Part shown: positions 25,617 to 35,729 of the stretch, piece by piece | Position numbering within the stretch: the stretch's first letter is position 1 | How the letters are laid out: each line of letters begins with the position of its first letter | Source of the DNA: an uncultured Clostridia bacterium | Lineage (GTDB): Bacteria > Bacillota > Clostridia > Oscillospirales > Ruminococcaceae | Length of the DNA stretch: 64,000 bases | Assembly: GCA_944386285.1 (NCBI GenBank) | Contig: CALXAM010000084.1 | Coordinates: 5,572 to 69,571 of the forward strand | Direction: 5' to 3' | Program-made: the position numbers and the translations under genes | The notes under the pieces: generated by a model | What the model was told of the DNA's origin: nothing | The model's input: the letters and a program-made list of their open reading frames with translations, nothing else | The model's database searches: none

Positions 25617-26603
25617 ATGTGTACCGCGTTTACATTTTCAAATGGGGACTTTTATTTTGGACGCAATATGGATATTTCTGATTCCTTTGGCGAACAAGTG
25701 GTGATTACGCCGCGTAATGTTCCGGTTCGGACAAAAAGGTGTGCTGTTTTGCAGGAACATTATGCAATCATCGGGATGGCGAATGTGACGCAGCACACAC
25801 CGCTTTATGCCGAAGCGGCGAATGAAAAAGGGCTTTGCATCGCAAGCCTTAATTTCCCGGGACATCTTTCCTATCAAACTGCGGATCAGAAGGAGGCACC
25901 GACGCAAAAGCGGATGCTTGCGCCATATGAGCTGATTTCATATTTGCTTTCTGTTTGCGCGACGGTAGAAGAGGTGCGGCGTCTTGTTCCGGATATTTGT
26001 GTGATCGCACTGCCGTTTTGCGAACATTTGCCCGTTGTATCGCTTCACTGGATCGTTGCGGATCAAACGTCGTGCATCGTACTGGAGCCTGAAAACGGCG
26101 CGCTTCATATCTATGACAATCCACTCGGTGTGCTGACCAATAATCCGCCGTTTCCGTTTCACCAGGAAAATGTGCGACAGTATCTTCGAGTGTCTGCGCA
26201 ATCTCCAAAAAACGAGATCGTACCGCAATTACCGCTGACGCCATTCGGACAGGGAATAGGCGCTGTCGGTCTGCCGGGCGATTTTTCGCCAGCCTCCCGC
26301 TTTGTAAAAACAGTGTTTTGCAAGTGGAACAGCATGTGTGAGCAGGAGGAACCTGCGAGCGTTTCGCATGTGTTTCATGTGTTAGATGCGGTTTCGATGG
26401 TACGCGGATGTGTAATGACGGAAGATGGCAAACCGGATATCACGACATATTCCTGCTGTATAAACGCCACAAAGGGAATTTATTATTATAAGACGTATGA
26501 AAACAATCAGATTACGGCGGTTCCTTTGACTGCTCACCTGCAGGATACGGCGGTTAGCACGTATCCGCTGCTGACAACACAGCAAATTCGATATGAACAA
26601 TAA
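25617..26603 (+). CDS. Choloylglycine hydrolase family protein (bile salt hydrolase / penicillin V acylase type Ntn hydrolase)
   Basis: The start was trimmed to ATG 25617 with an AGGAGG SD, giving MCTAFTF..GRNMD with the nucleophile Cys at position 2. The length is 328 aa. Confidence 0.88.
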   Translation: MCTAFTFSNGDFYFGRNMDISDSFGEQVVITPRNVPVRTKRCAVLQEHYAIIGMANVTQHTPLYAEAANEKGLCIASLNFPGHLSYQTADQKEAPTQKRMLAPYELISYLLSVCATVEEVRRLVPDICVIALPFCEHLPVVSLHWIVADQTSCIVLEPENGALHIYDNPLGVLTNNPPFPFHQENVRQYLRVSAQSPKNEIVPQLPLTPFGQGIGAVGLPGDFSPASRFVKTVFCKWNSMCEQEEPASVSHVFHVLDAVSMVRGCVMTEDGKPDITTYSCCINATKGIYYYKTYENNQITAVPLTAHLQDTAVSTYPLLTTQQIRYEQ

Positions 26604-26605
26604 AG

Positions 26606-26640
26606 AAAACCGGAACAGGAATCTGTTCCGGTTTTTCTTT
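26606..26640. terminator. Bidirectional terminator between the Ntn hydrolase and DUF4364 genes
   Basis: The motif is aaaa-ccggaacag-gaat-ctgttccgg-ttttt. Confidence 0.85.
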
Positions 26641-26646
26641 TAAAAT

Positions 26647-27207
26647 TTAGCTGTCTGTCAGCAGTTTGATCGTGTTTTGATAAAGTGTAACGGGATCTTT
26701 TAAGAAGTTGCGTCGGATGAGTTCTGCCTGCATACGGTCAGGCGCGTAAAGTGTAAGCTGCATTAAGTCAAAGGAAGTATCATGAATCGTGCAGGTAACG
26801 GAAAATCCATTTGTAATCGGCGTAATCTGCACTTCGTTTTCCCGTTCATATTTTTTCTTTGCGAGCAACTGCATGGCTGTCTGTACCACGTTGTCGCGAA
26901 TTGATTTCGGGAGAGAACGGGAAAGTCTGCGTGCCGTTTCCGCGCCCAGCGGATTCAACGTGTAAACGCCGGATTCTTCATCGGATTGTTTTTCAATATG
27001 ATGGCTTTCGGCAAGTTCTTCAATCGCTTCGCAAAAGCTGAAATAATTGACAACCTGACCATCCGCAAAGATTTCGTGAAGCTGTTCTTTTGTAAACGGG
27101 GATTCCACAACAGACATTAAATAACAAATCAAAATTTTAATCTGATATTTGTCTGTCATGCCGCCTCTGCCGATACCGGGAACGACAGTCTCTCTGTCCT
27201 TCATCAT
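26647..27207 (-). CDS. DUF4364 family protein (PadR-like wHTH putative regulator)
   Basis: The start was trimmed to ATG 27207, which has AAAGGAGG 7 nt upstream. The pattern YQIKILICYLM...PFTKEQLHEIF resembles DUF4364 proteins of Clostridia. Confidence 0.6.
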   Translation of the reverse strand: MMKDRETVVPGIGRGGMTDKYQIKILICYLMSVVESPFTKEQLHEIFADGQVVNYFSFCEAIEELAESHHIEKQSDEESGVYTLNPLGAETARRLSRSLPKSIRDNVVQTAMQLLAKKKYERENEVQITPITNGFSVTCTIHDTSFDLMQLTLYAPDRMQAELIRRNFLKDPVTLYQNTIKLLTDS

Positions 27208-27315
27208 AAAACAGCCTCCTTTCCGTCTTTTCAATATACCACAAAATGAAGCGAAAGAAAAGGCTTGTTTTGACGCATTTTTATTTTGCCGGCTGAATCC
27301 GCTCGAAAATACCGT

Positions 27316-27846
27316 TTAAATGCCGAATGCACCGGTCAGCGGATCTTTAAAAAGTGCAATCTGCGGCGGATAAAACGTAAAGAATACCATGGCCGCTACG
27401 ATGGCAAAAACACCGATCGCCGCAAAAACATTAGCGCCGGATGAAGTGAAGCGTTCGCTTTCAATGATGCGAAAGAGTACAAAATAAGAAACAAAGACGC
27501 CAAGAATAAACGAAAAGATGTCAAGAACCATGAAGTTCGTTCCGATGATTCCGGTATAGGTGTAAAAAAAGGCGGTAATTGTGAGCATCCCTATAAGAAT
27601 TGCAAAAAACAATGCGGGAAAAATGTTTTCAAAGCTGTGTCGATGACGCAGCCAGCCAATCACACCGAATAAAACGATCGGCGTAATGAAAAGCTTTAAG
27701 TGCTCGAACGTACTTTCATTTACTGCACTGAACGCACCGACGATCGGTAATTTTGAAAACCATTCATAGGTAAAATGAAGTAAAGTACCCAAAAGAATCG
27801 TACTTGCACAAAGAAGCAAGAAGTGCCAGATGTTTTTTTTAATCAT
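27316..27846 (-). CDS. Small polytopic membrane protein (DUF6512-like)
   Basis: The start was trimmed to ATG 27846 with an AGAGGGA SD. The protein has about 5 TM helices and the motif NESTFEHLKL. The family name is from memory. Confidence 0.6.
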   Translation of the reverse strand: MIKKNIWHFLLLCASTILLGTLLHFTYEWFSKLPIVGAFSAVNESTFEHLKLFITPIVLFGVIGWLRHRHSFENIFPALFFAILIGMLTITAFFYTYTGIIGTNFMVLDIFSFILGVFVSYFVLFRIIESERFTSSGANVFAAIGVFAIVAAMVFFTFYPPQIALFKDPLTGAFGI

Positions 27847-28004
27847 AAAATCCCTCTTTTTCGTGCATTTAGTATATGGCTTTTTTCTGACTGATATTCT
27901 AAAATCGCCGATAGAATCGGCGTTTCTGTAAATATTTTTTGCAAACAGTCGTTTTTCTTGCATGAAATTTTGATCTATGATATAATTATACGGATATACA
28001 GAGT

Positions 28005-28568
28005 ATGGTGAAAAGAATGAGAATTATAGGAATTGACCCCGGCTATGCAATCATTGGATACGGTGTGATTGAATATTTTCAGGCGCGTTTTACAACACTT
28101 GCATATGGTGCGATTACGACGACGCCGGAAGTACCGTTTGAAAAGCGACTGTTAACAATTTATGAGGATACTATCGCATTATTGAAACGGCATAATCCTG
28201 ATGCCGTGGCGATTGAAAAACTATTTTTTTATAACAACAAGACAACCGGTATTGATGTGGCACAGGCGAGAGGCGTTATTTTGCTGGCGTGCGCACAATG
28301 CGGCATTCCATATTACGAATATACGCCGATGCAGGTAAAACAGGCAGTGGTCGGCTATGGAAAGGCACAGAAAATTCAGGTGATGGACATGACAAAGCGG
28401 CTGCTTAAACTTTCAGCCGTACCAAAGCCGGACGATACAGCCGACGCGTTAGCCATTGCCGTTTGTCATGCACACAGTGCATCGTCTCGATTGTTAGAGC
28501 AGGCGATGCGGGCAAAAGGAGGAATTGCAGTTGATCTACAGCGTAAGCGGCACATTGGCACTCGTTGA
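28005..28568 (+). CDS. ruvC: Crossover junction endodeoxyribonuclease RuvC
   Basis: MRIIGIDPGYAIIGYGVIE carries the catalytic Asp, and PKPDDTADALAIAVCHA is also seen. The true start may be ATG 28017. Confidence 0.9.
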   Translation: MVKRMRIIGIDPGYAIIGYGVIEYFQARFTTLAYGAITTTPEVPFEKRLLTIYEDTIALLKRHNPDAVAIEKLFFYNNKTTGIDVAQARGVILLACAQCGIPYYEYTPMQVKQAVVGYGKAQKIQVMDMTKRLLKLSAVPKPDDTADALAIAVCHAHSASSRLLEQAMRAKGGIAVDLQRKRHIGTR

Positions 28569-29136
28569 ACAAAATCATGTGGTCATTGAGTGCGGCGGCA
28601 TCGGATATTCTGTAAAAACGTCGATGACGACGATTTCAAAGCTGCCTGCAGCAGGTGAAAAAGTCACGCTGTATACGCATCTTGCAGTCAAAGAAGATGC
28701 AATTGATCTGTTTGGATTTTATGATGAAGCAGAACGCAGTATGTTCAAGCTTTTGATCGGTGTTTCAGGCGTCGGACCAAAAGGCGCTGTTTCTGTACTT
28801 TCGAGTCTTACACCCGAGCGGTTTGCGCTGGCGGTGGCATCCAGTGATACAAAGGCAATTCGTGCGCCGGGCATCGGTCCGAAAACAGCGGAACGCATTG
28901 TTTTGGAACTTCGGGACAAAGTATCAAAAGAGCAGGCGGCAAGCGGAATCACTGGTGTTGAACTTCCTGTTCCTGCGCCTGGGTTACAGGCAAATGCGGC
29001 AGAGGCGATCAGTGCACTTGAGGTGCTCGGATATGCCCGTGCAGAAGCTGCCAATGCAGTGGCGTCGCTTGATAATAGCCTTTCGGTGGAAGAACTAATC
29101 AAACAGGGACTCAAAGTGCTGGCAGGAAAGGTGTAA
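28531..29136 (+). CDS. ruvA: Holliday junction branch migration complex subunit RuvA
   Basis: The start TTG 28531 lies 8 nt after GGAGG; the track start 28525 is only 2 nt after the SD. The product begins (M)IYSVSGTL, typical of RuvA, and HhH motifs GVGPKGA/GIGPKTA are present. Confidence 0.9.
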   Translation: MIYSVSGTLALVEQNHVVIECGGIGYSVKTSMTTISKLPAAGEKVTLYTHLAVKEDAIDLFGFYDEAERSMFKLLIGVSGVGPKGAVSVLSSLTPERFALAVASSDTKAIRAPGIGPKTAERIVLELRDKVSKEQAASGITGVELPVPAPGLQANAAEAISALEVLGYARAEAANAVASLDNSLSVEELIKQGLKVLAGKV

Positions 29137-29142
29137 CGAGAA

Positions 29143-30183
29143 ATGTTTTATGAAGAAAATGACAGCGGATTTGAGGAGCGGTTAAGCGCACCTGAATTTA
29201 CGTCCAGTGATATCGATACGGAGTATTCACTGCGTCCGAAAACGCTTGGCGAATACATCGGACAGGAAAAGGTAAAAGAAAATCTTTCGATTTATATTGA
29301 GGCGGCAAAGGCGCGCGGCGATTCGCTCGATCATGTGCTTTTATACGGCCCGCCGGGACTTGGTAAAACGACACTTTCCGCAATTATTGCAAATGAGATG
29401 AATGTCAATCTTCGTGTGACGTCCGGTCCTGCGATTGAAAAGCCCGGCGATTTGGCGGCGATTTTAACAGGACTCAACGCAAACGATGTGCTGTTTATCG
29501 ACGAAATTCACCGGCTTTCCCGTGCGGTAGAAGAAGTGCTCTATCCTGCGATGGAGGATTTTGCAATCGATATCGTGATCGGCAAAGGGCCGTCCGCCCG
29601 TTCGATTCGGATTGATTTGCCGCATTTTACGCTGATTGGTGCAACCACGCGTGCAGGTCAGCTCACTTCGCCGCTGCGCGACCGTTTTGGCGTGCTGTTT
29701 CGGCTGGAGCTTTATTCTCCGAAGGAACTCGCAGAGATTATTACACGCAGTGCAGGAATTCTTGAGATTCCTTGTGAATATGATGGAGCGCTTGAGCTTG
29801 CAAAACGATCCCGCGGCACGCCGCGTATCGCAAACCGGCTGCTCAAGCGGGTACGCGACTTTGCACAGGTGTTAGGCAACGGCGCCATTACCAAGGAAAT
29901 TGTTTCCGTTGCACTGTCAAAGCTTGAAATCGATGAGCTCGGGCTTGATTTGGTTGACCGGCGGATGCTTACAACGATTATCAAAAATTATAAAGGCGGA
30001 CCGGTCGGTCTTGAAACATTGGCGGCCGCGCTCGGAGAAGAAGCGGTGACGCTTGAGGATGTGTATGAACCATATTTGATGCAGCTCGGATTTTTGGCAC
30101 GTACACCGAGAGGACGGTGTGCAACCGCGCTTGCATACGAACATCTGGGGATTTTAGAAGAAGGGCAGCAGTTATCCTTATAA
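29143..30183 (+). CDS. ruvB: Holliday junction branch migration DNA helicase RuvB
   Basis: Seen: Walker [10 protein letters not shown], Walker [10 protein letters not shown] and a length of 346 aa. Confidence 0.95.
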   Translation: MFYEENDSGFEERLSAPEFTSSDIDTEYSLRPKTLGEYIGQEKVKENLSIYIEAAKARGDSLDHVLLYGPPGLGKTTLSAIIANEMNVNLRVTSGPAIEKPGDLAAILTGLNANDVLFIDEIHRLSRAVEEVLYPAMEDFAIDIVIGKGPSARSIRIDLPHFTLIGATTRAGQLTSPLRDRFGVLFRLELYSPKELAEIITRSAGILEIPCEYDGALELAKRSRGTPRIANRLLKRVRDFAQVLGNGAITKEIVSVALSKLEIDELGLDLVDRRMLTTIIKNYKGGPVGLETLAAALGEEAVTLEDVYEPYLMQLGFLARTPRGRCATALAYEHLGILEEGQQLSL

Positions 30184-30210
30184 TTTTATGATAAAAAGGA
30201 GCGATTTACT

Positions 30211-31560
30211 ATGGGAAGATTGTTTGGAACAGACGGCGCACGCGGTGTTGCGAACACTGAGCTTACCTGCGAATTGGCGATGCAGATCGGAAGAGCTGCA
30301 GCAGTTGTATTGACAAAGCATACCCATCATAAACCGCGGATTCTCATCGCAAAAGACACGCGCATTTCCTCGGGAATGCTGGAATCGGCACTGGCTGCGG
30401 GACTTTGTTCCGTCGGTGCGGATGCGGTGCTTTTGGGTGTGATCCCAACCCCTGCGACCTCTTATCTTGTAGAAAAATACAAAGCAGACGCCGGTGTGAT
30501 GATCTCGGCTTCGCACAATCCGGTGGAGTTTAACGGCATTAAGCTGTTTAGCTCTTCGGGATATAAACTGCCGGACGAATTGGAGGCGGAGATCGAAGCG
30601 CTCATTCTCGATACGCCGAATGAAATCGCGTTAAAATCAGGAATTGAGCTCGGCCGGATTTCTGCCTGCGCGGATGCGAAAGAGGACTATATTAAACATC
30701 TTCTTCGCACCGTTTCTGTCCGGTTTGACGGAATGCGGATTGCGCTTGACTGTGCAAACGGAAGCGCAAGCGCAACGGCGAAAACGCTGTTTGAAGCGCT
30801 CGGTGCCGATGTAGTGGTGTTAAGCGCAGAGCCGAACGGCGAAAATATCAATAAAGACTGCGGTTCTACGCACATGGGTGCGCTTTGCGACTATGTTAAA
30901 ACACACGACGACATCATCGGCGGTTTTGCATTCGACGGCGACGCCGACCGCTGCTTGGCAGTGGATGAAACCGGTAAACAAATCGACGGCGATCAGATCA
31001 TTGCAGCGTTTGCAAAGCATATGAAAGCAAACGGAACGCTTAAAAAAGATACGGCGGTACTCACCGTGATGTCAAACTTCGGCATGCGGGCATTTTCAAA
31101 AAAAGAGGGCATTTCGCTTGCAACCACCGCAGTGGGCGACCGTTATGTGCTTGAAGAGATGCTCAAAAACGGATATAATTTGGGCGGAGAGGATTCCGGT
31201 CATATTATTTTGTCGGACTACGCCAATACGGGCGATGGTCAGCTGACTGCAATTCAATTTTTGCAGATTGCAAAACAGACCGGCCTTGCGTTTTCGGCGA
31301 TTGCCGCGGCAATGACTAAATCACCGCAGGTAATGCGTTCGGTTCACGCAAGCGCACAGGCACGGAGCGAATATAAAGAACATCCGGCAGTACAGACAGC
31401 AATCAAAGAGGCGGAAAGCGCGCTCGGTGAATCGGGACGCGTATTGGTTCGTGCCTCCGGCACAGAGCCGCTGATTCGCGTGATGCTGGAAGGAACAGAC
31501 GAAGAAAAAATCAAGATGTATTGTGATGCGATTTGCCGCGTCATTGAGGAGAGTTTTTAA
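30211..31560 (+). CDS. glmM: Phosphoglucosamine mutase
   Basis: The N-terminus LFGTDGARGVAN and the active-site motif SASHNP are seen. The length is 449 aa. Confidence 0.95.
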   Translation: MGRLFGTDGARGVANTELTCELAMQIGRAAAVVLTKHTHHKPRILIAKDTRISSGMLESALAAGLCSVGADAVLLGVIPTPATSYLVEKYKADAGVMISASHNPVEFNGIKLFSSSGYKLPDELEAEIEALILDTPNEIALKSGIELGRISACADAKEDYIKHLLRTVSVRFDGMRIALDCANGSASATAKTLFEALGADVVVLSAEPNGENINKDCGSTHMGALCDYVKTHDDIIGGFAFDGDADRCLAVDETGKQIDGDQIIAAFAKHMKANGTLKKDTAVLTVMSNFGMRAFSKKEGISLATTAVGDRYVLEEMLKNGYNLGGEDSGHIILSDYANTGDGQLTAIQFLQIAKQTGLAFSAIAAAMTKSPQVMRSVHASAQARSEYKEHPAVQTAIKEAESALGESGRVLVRASGTEPLIRVMLEGTDEEKIKMYCDAICRVIEESF

Positions 31561-31563
31561 TTC

Positions 31564-32439
31564 ATGCGTTTTGTAAACGACTTTGCCGATTATGAGATGA
31601 TCGACACAAGCGGCGGGGAAAAGCTGGAGCGTTGGGGTACACACGTGCTCGTACGCCCGGACCCGCAGATTATCTGGAACACAAAAAAGGAACATCCGCT
31701 TTGGAAACGTGCGGACGCACGATACCATCGTTCGAATAAAGGCGGCGGACAGTGGGAGTTTTTTAAACAGCTGCCGGAAAGCTGGACGGTATCTTACCGA
31801 TCGCTTACGTTTCGCATCCGGCCGACAGGCTTTAAGCATACGGGATTGTTTCCGGAACAGGCGGTCAACTGGGCGTTTTTGATGGAAACGATCAAACAGG
31901 CAAACCGGCCGCTGCGCGTATTAAACTTATTTGCGTATACGGGCGGGGCAACGCTTGCGTGCGCCGCAGCGGGCGCCGAGGTGTGCCATGTAGACGCATC
32001 AAAAGGAATGGTCTCTTGGGCACGGGAAAACGCAGCGCTTTCCAATTTGTCCGATCGGCCGATTCGCTGGATTGTTGACGACTGCGAAAAGTTTGTTGCG
32101 CGGGAAATCAAACGCGGAAAACGATACGATATCGTCATTATGGACCCGCCGTCTTACGGACGCGGTCCGGGCGGTGAGGTTTGGAAGCTTGAGGATCAGA
32201 TTTATCGGATGGTCGATCTGTGTACCGGCGTACTTTCGGATGATCCGCAGCTTTTTTTGCTCAATTCCTATACAACGGGATTGCCGCCGTCTGTCATGCA
32301 GTATCTTTTGGGCGTGACAGTGCAAAAGAAATTCGGCGGCAGTGTGTCGGCAGAGGAAATCGGTCTGCCGGTCACACAAAGCGGACTCGTTTTGCCGTGC
32401 GGCTCTACTGCGATTTGGAAAACAGAAAGTAAAGGATAA
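31564..32439 (+). CDS. Class I SAM-dependent methyltransferase (RlmI/RlmK-like PF10672-type)
   Basis: The SAM-binding motif NLFAYTGGATLA and the DPPSYGRG motif are present. The length is 291 aa. Confidence 0.75.
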   Translation: MRFVNDFADYEMIDTSGGEKLERWGTHVLVRPDPQIIWNTKKEHPLWKRADARYHRSNKGGGQWEFFKQLPESWTVSYRSLTFRIRPTGFKHTGLFPEQAVNWAFLMETIKQANRPLRVLNLFAYTGGATLACAAAGAEVCHVDASKGMVSWARENAALSNLSDRPIRWIVDDCEKFVAREIKRGKRYDIVIMDPPSYGRGPGGEVWKLEDQIYRMVDLCTGVLSDDPQLFLLNSYTTGLPPSVMQYLLGVTVQKKFGGSVSAEEIGLPVTQSGLVLPCGSTAIWKTESKG

Positions 32440-32442
32440 AAT

Positions 32443-33294
32443 ATGAGTGACTTAATAGAATTTCAGCACGTGTCCTTTTCGTATCATCAAAGCGAGGAGG
32501 ACGCAGAGCCGATTCCCGTTCTCCACGAGGTAAACCTTTCGATTAAAAAAGGGGAATTTGTTGCGGTTTTAGGCCATAACGGCTCTGGAAAATCAACACT
32601 TGCAAAACATATCAATGCCATTCTCCAGCCGACGGAAGGTGTTGTCTATGTCGATCACATTGATACACGGGACGATGAGCTGGTGTTTGATATTCGTCAG
32701 CATGTCGGTATGGTATTTCAAAATCCGGATAACCAGATCGTTGCCACAATCGTGGAGGAGGATGTGGCGTTTGCGCTCGAAAATTTGGGCGTTCCTCCCA
32801 AAGAAATCCGCCGTCGTGTAGACGACGCGTTAAAAGACGTCGGGATGTTTGCCTATCGGGAACACGCGCCGCACCAGCTTTCGGGCGGTCAGAAGCAGCG
32901 TGTTGCCATTGCCGGGATCATTGCAATGAACCCGGACTGCATCGTGTTGGACGAGCCTACCGCCATGCTTGACCCGAAAGGCCGCCGCGAGGTGCTTAAT
33001 ACGATCGAACGGTTAAATAAAGAATATCAAACAACGGTCATCCTGATTACACACTTTATGGATGAAGCGGTTCGTGCCGATCGTGTTGTCGTTGTAGACG
33101 AGGGCAGGGTGCTGATGGACGATGTTCCGAAAGCTGTATTTGTACAGGTGGAACGATTAAAGGAAATCGGACTGGACGTACCGCAGGTGACGGAGCTTGC
33201 GTATGAGCTGCGAAAAGCGGGGGTTGCGTTTGCACCCGATGTTTTGACTGTAGAAGAATTTACCGAAGAATTCAAACGAATCATGGAGGCCTGA
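32443..33294 (+). CDS. ecfA1: Energy-coupling factor transporter ATPase EcfA1
   Basis: Seen: Walker [10 protein letters not shown], signature LSGGQKQR and Walker [12 protein letters not shown]. It lies in the conserved ecfA-ecfA-ecfT-truA order. Confidence 0.9.
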   Translation: MSDLIEFQHVSFSYHQSEEDAEPIPVLHEVNLSIKKGEFVAVLGHNGSGKSTLAKHINAILQPTEGVVYVDHIDTRDDELVFDIRQHVGMVFQNPDNQIVATIVEEDVAFALENLGVPPKEIRRRVDDALKDVGMFAYREHAPHQLSGGQKQRVAIAGIIAMNPDCIVLDEPTAMLDPKGRREVLNTIERLNKEYQTTVILITHFMDEAVRADRVVVVDEGRVLMDDVPKAVFVQVERLKEIGLDVPQVTELAYELRKAGVAFAPDVLTVEEFTEEFKRIMEA

Positions 33295-33296
33295 GC

Positions 33297-34160
33297 GTGG
33301 CAATCATTAAAACAGAGCATTTAACGCATTTGTACGGAACGGGAACGCCGTTTGAAAAAGCAGCGATTCGTGATGTGAATTTGGAAATTGAAGAGGGCGA
33401 GTTAGTCGGCGTGATCGGTCATACCGGCTCTGGTAAGTCGACGCTCATTCAGCACTTAAACGGACTGTTAAAACCAACGTCCGGTCATATTTACATTGAC
33501 GGAACCGATATTTTTGAGAGTGTGCAGATTCTTCAGAAAACACGCTTTAAAGTGGGACTTGTCTTTCAGTATCCGGAATATCAGCTGTTTGAAGAAACGG
33601 TCGAAAAGGATATTGCGTTCGGCCCGAAAAATCTTGGGTTTACCGAAGAACAGGTAAAAGAAGCGGTTTCGCACGCGATGGAATGTGTCGGATTGTCGGA
33701 TGCGTTCCGGAAAAAAAGTCCGTTTGAGCTTTCAGGCGGTCAAAAACGACGTGTTGCGATTGCCGGTGTCATTGCCATGCGTCCGAAAGTGCTTATTTTG
33801 GACGAGCCGACTGCCGGACTTGATCCAAAAGGACGCGACACCATTTTAAATCTCATTTCCGACTATCATCGTGCAGAGAAAAATACGGTACTGCTTGTGT
33901 CGCACAGTATGGAAGACGTTGCGAAATACTGTTCAAAAGTGCTTGTCATGAATCAGGGACATGTCTTTTCCTATGGAACGGTAGCCGAAACATTTTCCCG
34001 TGCCGATGAAATTGAACAGATCGGACTGGCTGTACCGCAGGTGACACGTCTATTTTCCGCGCTCGCCAAAGAGGGCTACGAAGCAGGCGAAGAGGTTTAT
34101 ACCATCGTACGCGCAAAAGAGATTCTTTTAGAGAAGTTCTTGCAAAAAGGAGGCGCGTAA
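33297..34160 (+). CDS. ecfA2: Energy-coupling factor transporter ATPase EcfA2
   Basis: Seen: Walker [10 protein letters not shown], signature LSGGQKRR and Walker [12 protein letters not shown]. The start is GTG with a GGAGG SD. Confidence 0.9.
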   Translation: MAIIKTEHLTHLYGTGTPFEKAAIRDVNLEIEEGELVGVIGHTGSGKSTLIQHLNGLLKPTSGHIYIDGTDIFESVQILQKTRFKVGLVFQYPEYQLFEETVEKDIAFGPKNLGFTEEQVKEAVSHAMECVGLSDAFRKKSPFELSGGQKRRVAIAGVIAMRPKVLILDEPTAGLDPKGRDTILNLISDYHRAEKNTVLLVSHSMEDVAKYCSKVLVMNQGHVFSYGTVAETFSRADEIEQIGLAVPQVTRLFSALAKEGYEAGEEVYTIVRAKEILLEKFLQKGGA

Positions 34161-34162
34161 TC

Positions 34163-34975
34163 ATGTTATCCGACATTACAATCGGACAGTTTTTCCCCGG
34201 GAAATCTATTGTCCATCGTTTGGACCCACGCGCCAAAATTTTATTGGTGATTGCGTTTATCATTTTATTGTTTGTTGTCAGAAATCCAGTATCCTTTGTA
34301 TTGATCGGCATTTTTCTGGCTGTGATTTATATCGTGGCAAAAATTCCGGCACGCGCAATCTGGCGCGGTGTCAAACCGATTCTTCCGCTGATTTTGTTTA
34401 CTTCCATTTTAAACCTTTTCTTTGTAGACGGAGAACCGCTTGTTAAATGGTGGATTTTCAAAATTACGGCGGAGGGCATTTCGGTCGCTGTGCTGATGGC
34501 AGTGCGAATCGTATGCCTGATTATCGGATCGCTGCTGCTTACTTATACGACTTCGCCGATTGCTTTGACAGATGCGATTGAACGGCTTTTAAAGCCGCTC
34601 AAAGTCATTCGGTTTCCGGTGCATGAAATGGCAATGATGATGACGATTGCGCTCCGGTTTATTCCGACACTGCTCGAAGAGACGGATAAAATCATGTCCG
34701 CGCAGAAAGCGCGCGGCGCCGATTTGGAAACCGGAAGTATCATAAGACGTGCGAAAGCATTGATTCCGATTCTCATTCCGTTGTTTGTTTCCGCATTCCG
34801 CAGAGCAGAGGACTTAGCGCTTGCGATGGAATGCCGCTGTTATCGCGGCGGAGAAGGCCGTACACGTATGAAACAGCTCCATTTTTCACATCTTGACGGA
34901 ATTTCAGCAGTAGCAACCGGTGTTGTTTTTGTTGCTGCCGTTTTGCTCGATGTCTTTTTACCGAAAATCATCTGA
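34163..34975 (+). CDS. ecfT: Energy-coupling factor transporter transmembrane protein EcfT
   Basis: This is a CbiQ-like polytopic protein with the conserved AxRxR-type coupling helices (MSAQKARGAD, RRAEDLALAME). Confidence 0.88.
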   Translation: MLSDITIGQFFPGKSIVHRLDPRAKILLVIAFIILLFVVRNPVSFVLIGIFLAVIYIVAKIPARAIWRGVKPILPLILFTSILNLFFVDGEPLVKWWIFKITAEGISVAVLMAVRIVCLIIGSLLLTYTTSPIALTDAIERLLKPLKVIRFPVHEMAMMMTIALRFIPTLLEETDKIMSAQKARGADLETGSIIRRAKALIPILIPLFVSAFRRAEDLALAMECRCYRGGEGRTRMKQLHFSHLDGISAVATGVVFVAAVLLDVFLPKII

Positions 34976-34988
34976 CAAAGGAGGAACT

Positions 34989-35729
34989 ATGACAAAAAAT
35001 CTCTTGGTTGAAATCGCATATCGGGGAACAAATTATCACGGATTTCAGTTCCAGACAAATGCGCTGTCCATCACGGAAGTCGTGCAGGATAAAATCGAAC
35101 AGGTTTTCGGACGGCGTGAACCGATTATTGGATGTTCACGGACGGATGCAGGCGTTCATGCAAATAGCTGTTTTTTCAGTATGAAGACAGATGTGCCGTT
35201 TCCGACGCATAAATTCCCCGAAGTGTTAAACCGTATTTTGCCAAAGGATATTGTTGTGCGTTCCTGCAGGGAAGTACCGCTCGATTTTCATGCGCGGTAT
35301 TGCTGTAAAGGAAAAGAGTATCTTTATCGAATTTACAATCATCCTGTGAAAGATCCGTTTCTGTCGGATTTGGCGCTTCATTGTAAATTCCCGCTTAATT
35401 GTGCGCGAATGGAAGAAAACGCAAAGCCGTTGATCGGAACACACGATTTTACTTCCTTTTGCAATCCGAATCATAAAGAGGGTATGTCAACCATCCGAAC
35501 CATTCAAGAGATCCGGTTTCTCCGCGAGAATGATATGGTTACGATGCAAATTCATGCGGATGGTTTTTTATATAATATGGTGCGGATTATCGTCGGGACA
35601 TTGCTTGAAATGGAAGAAGGACGAATTCCGCATGGAACCATGAACCAGATTTTAGATGCACTTGACCGTTCAAAGGCCGGACGTACCGCTCCGCCTTACG
35701 GGCTTTATCTCAATCGTGTCGATTATTGA
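34989..35729 (+). CDS. truA: tRNA pseudouridine(38-40) synthase TruA
   Basis: The start was trimmed to ATG 34989 with a GGAGGA SD. Seen: YRGTNYHGFQ and the catalytic motif SRTDAGVHA. Confidence 0.93.
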   Translation: MTKNLLVEIAYRGTNYHGFQFQTNALSITEVVQDKIEQVFGRREPIIGCSRTDAGVHANSCFFSMKTDVPFPTHKFPEVLNRILPKDIVVRSCREVPLDFHARYCCKGKEYLYRIYNHPVKDPFLSDLALHCKFPLNCARMEENAKPLIGTHDFTSFCNPNHKEGMSTIRTIQEIRFLRENDMVTMQIHADGFLYNMVRIIVGTLLEMEEGRIPHGTMNQILDALDRSKAGRTAPPYGLYLNRVDY

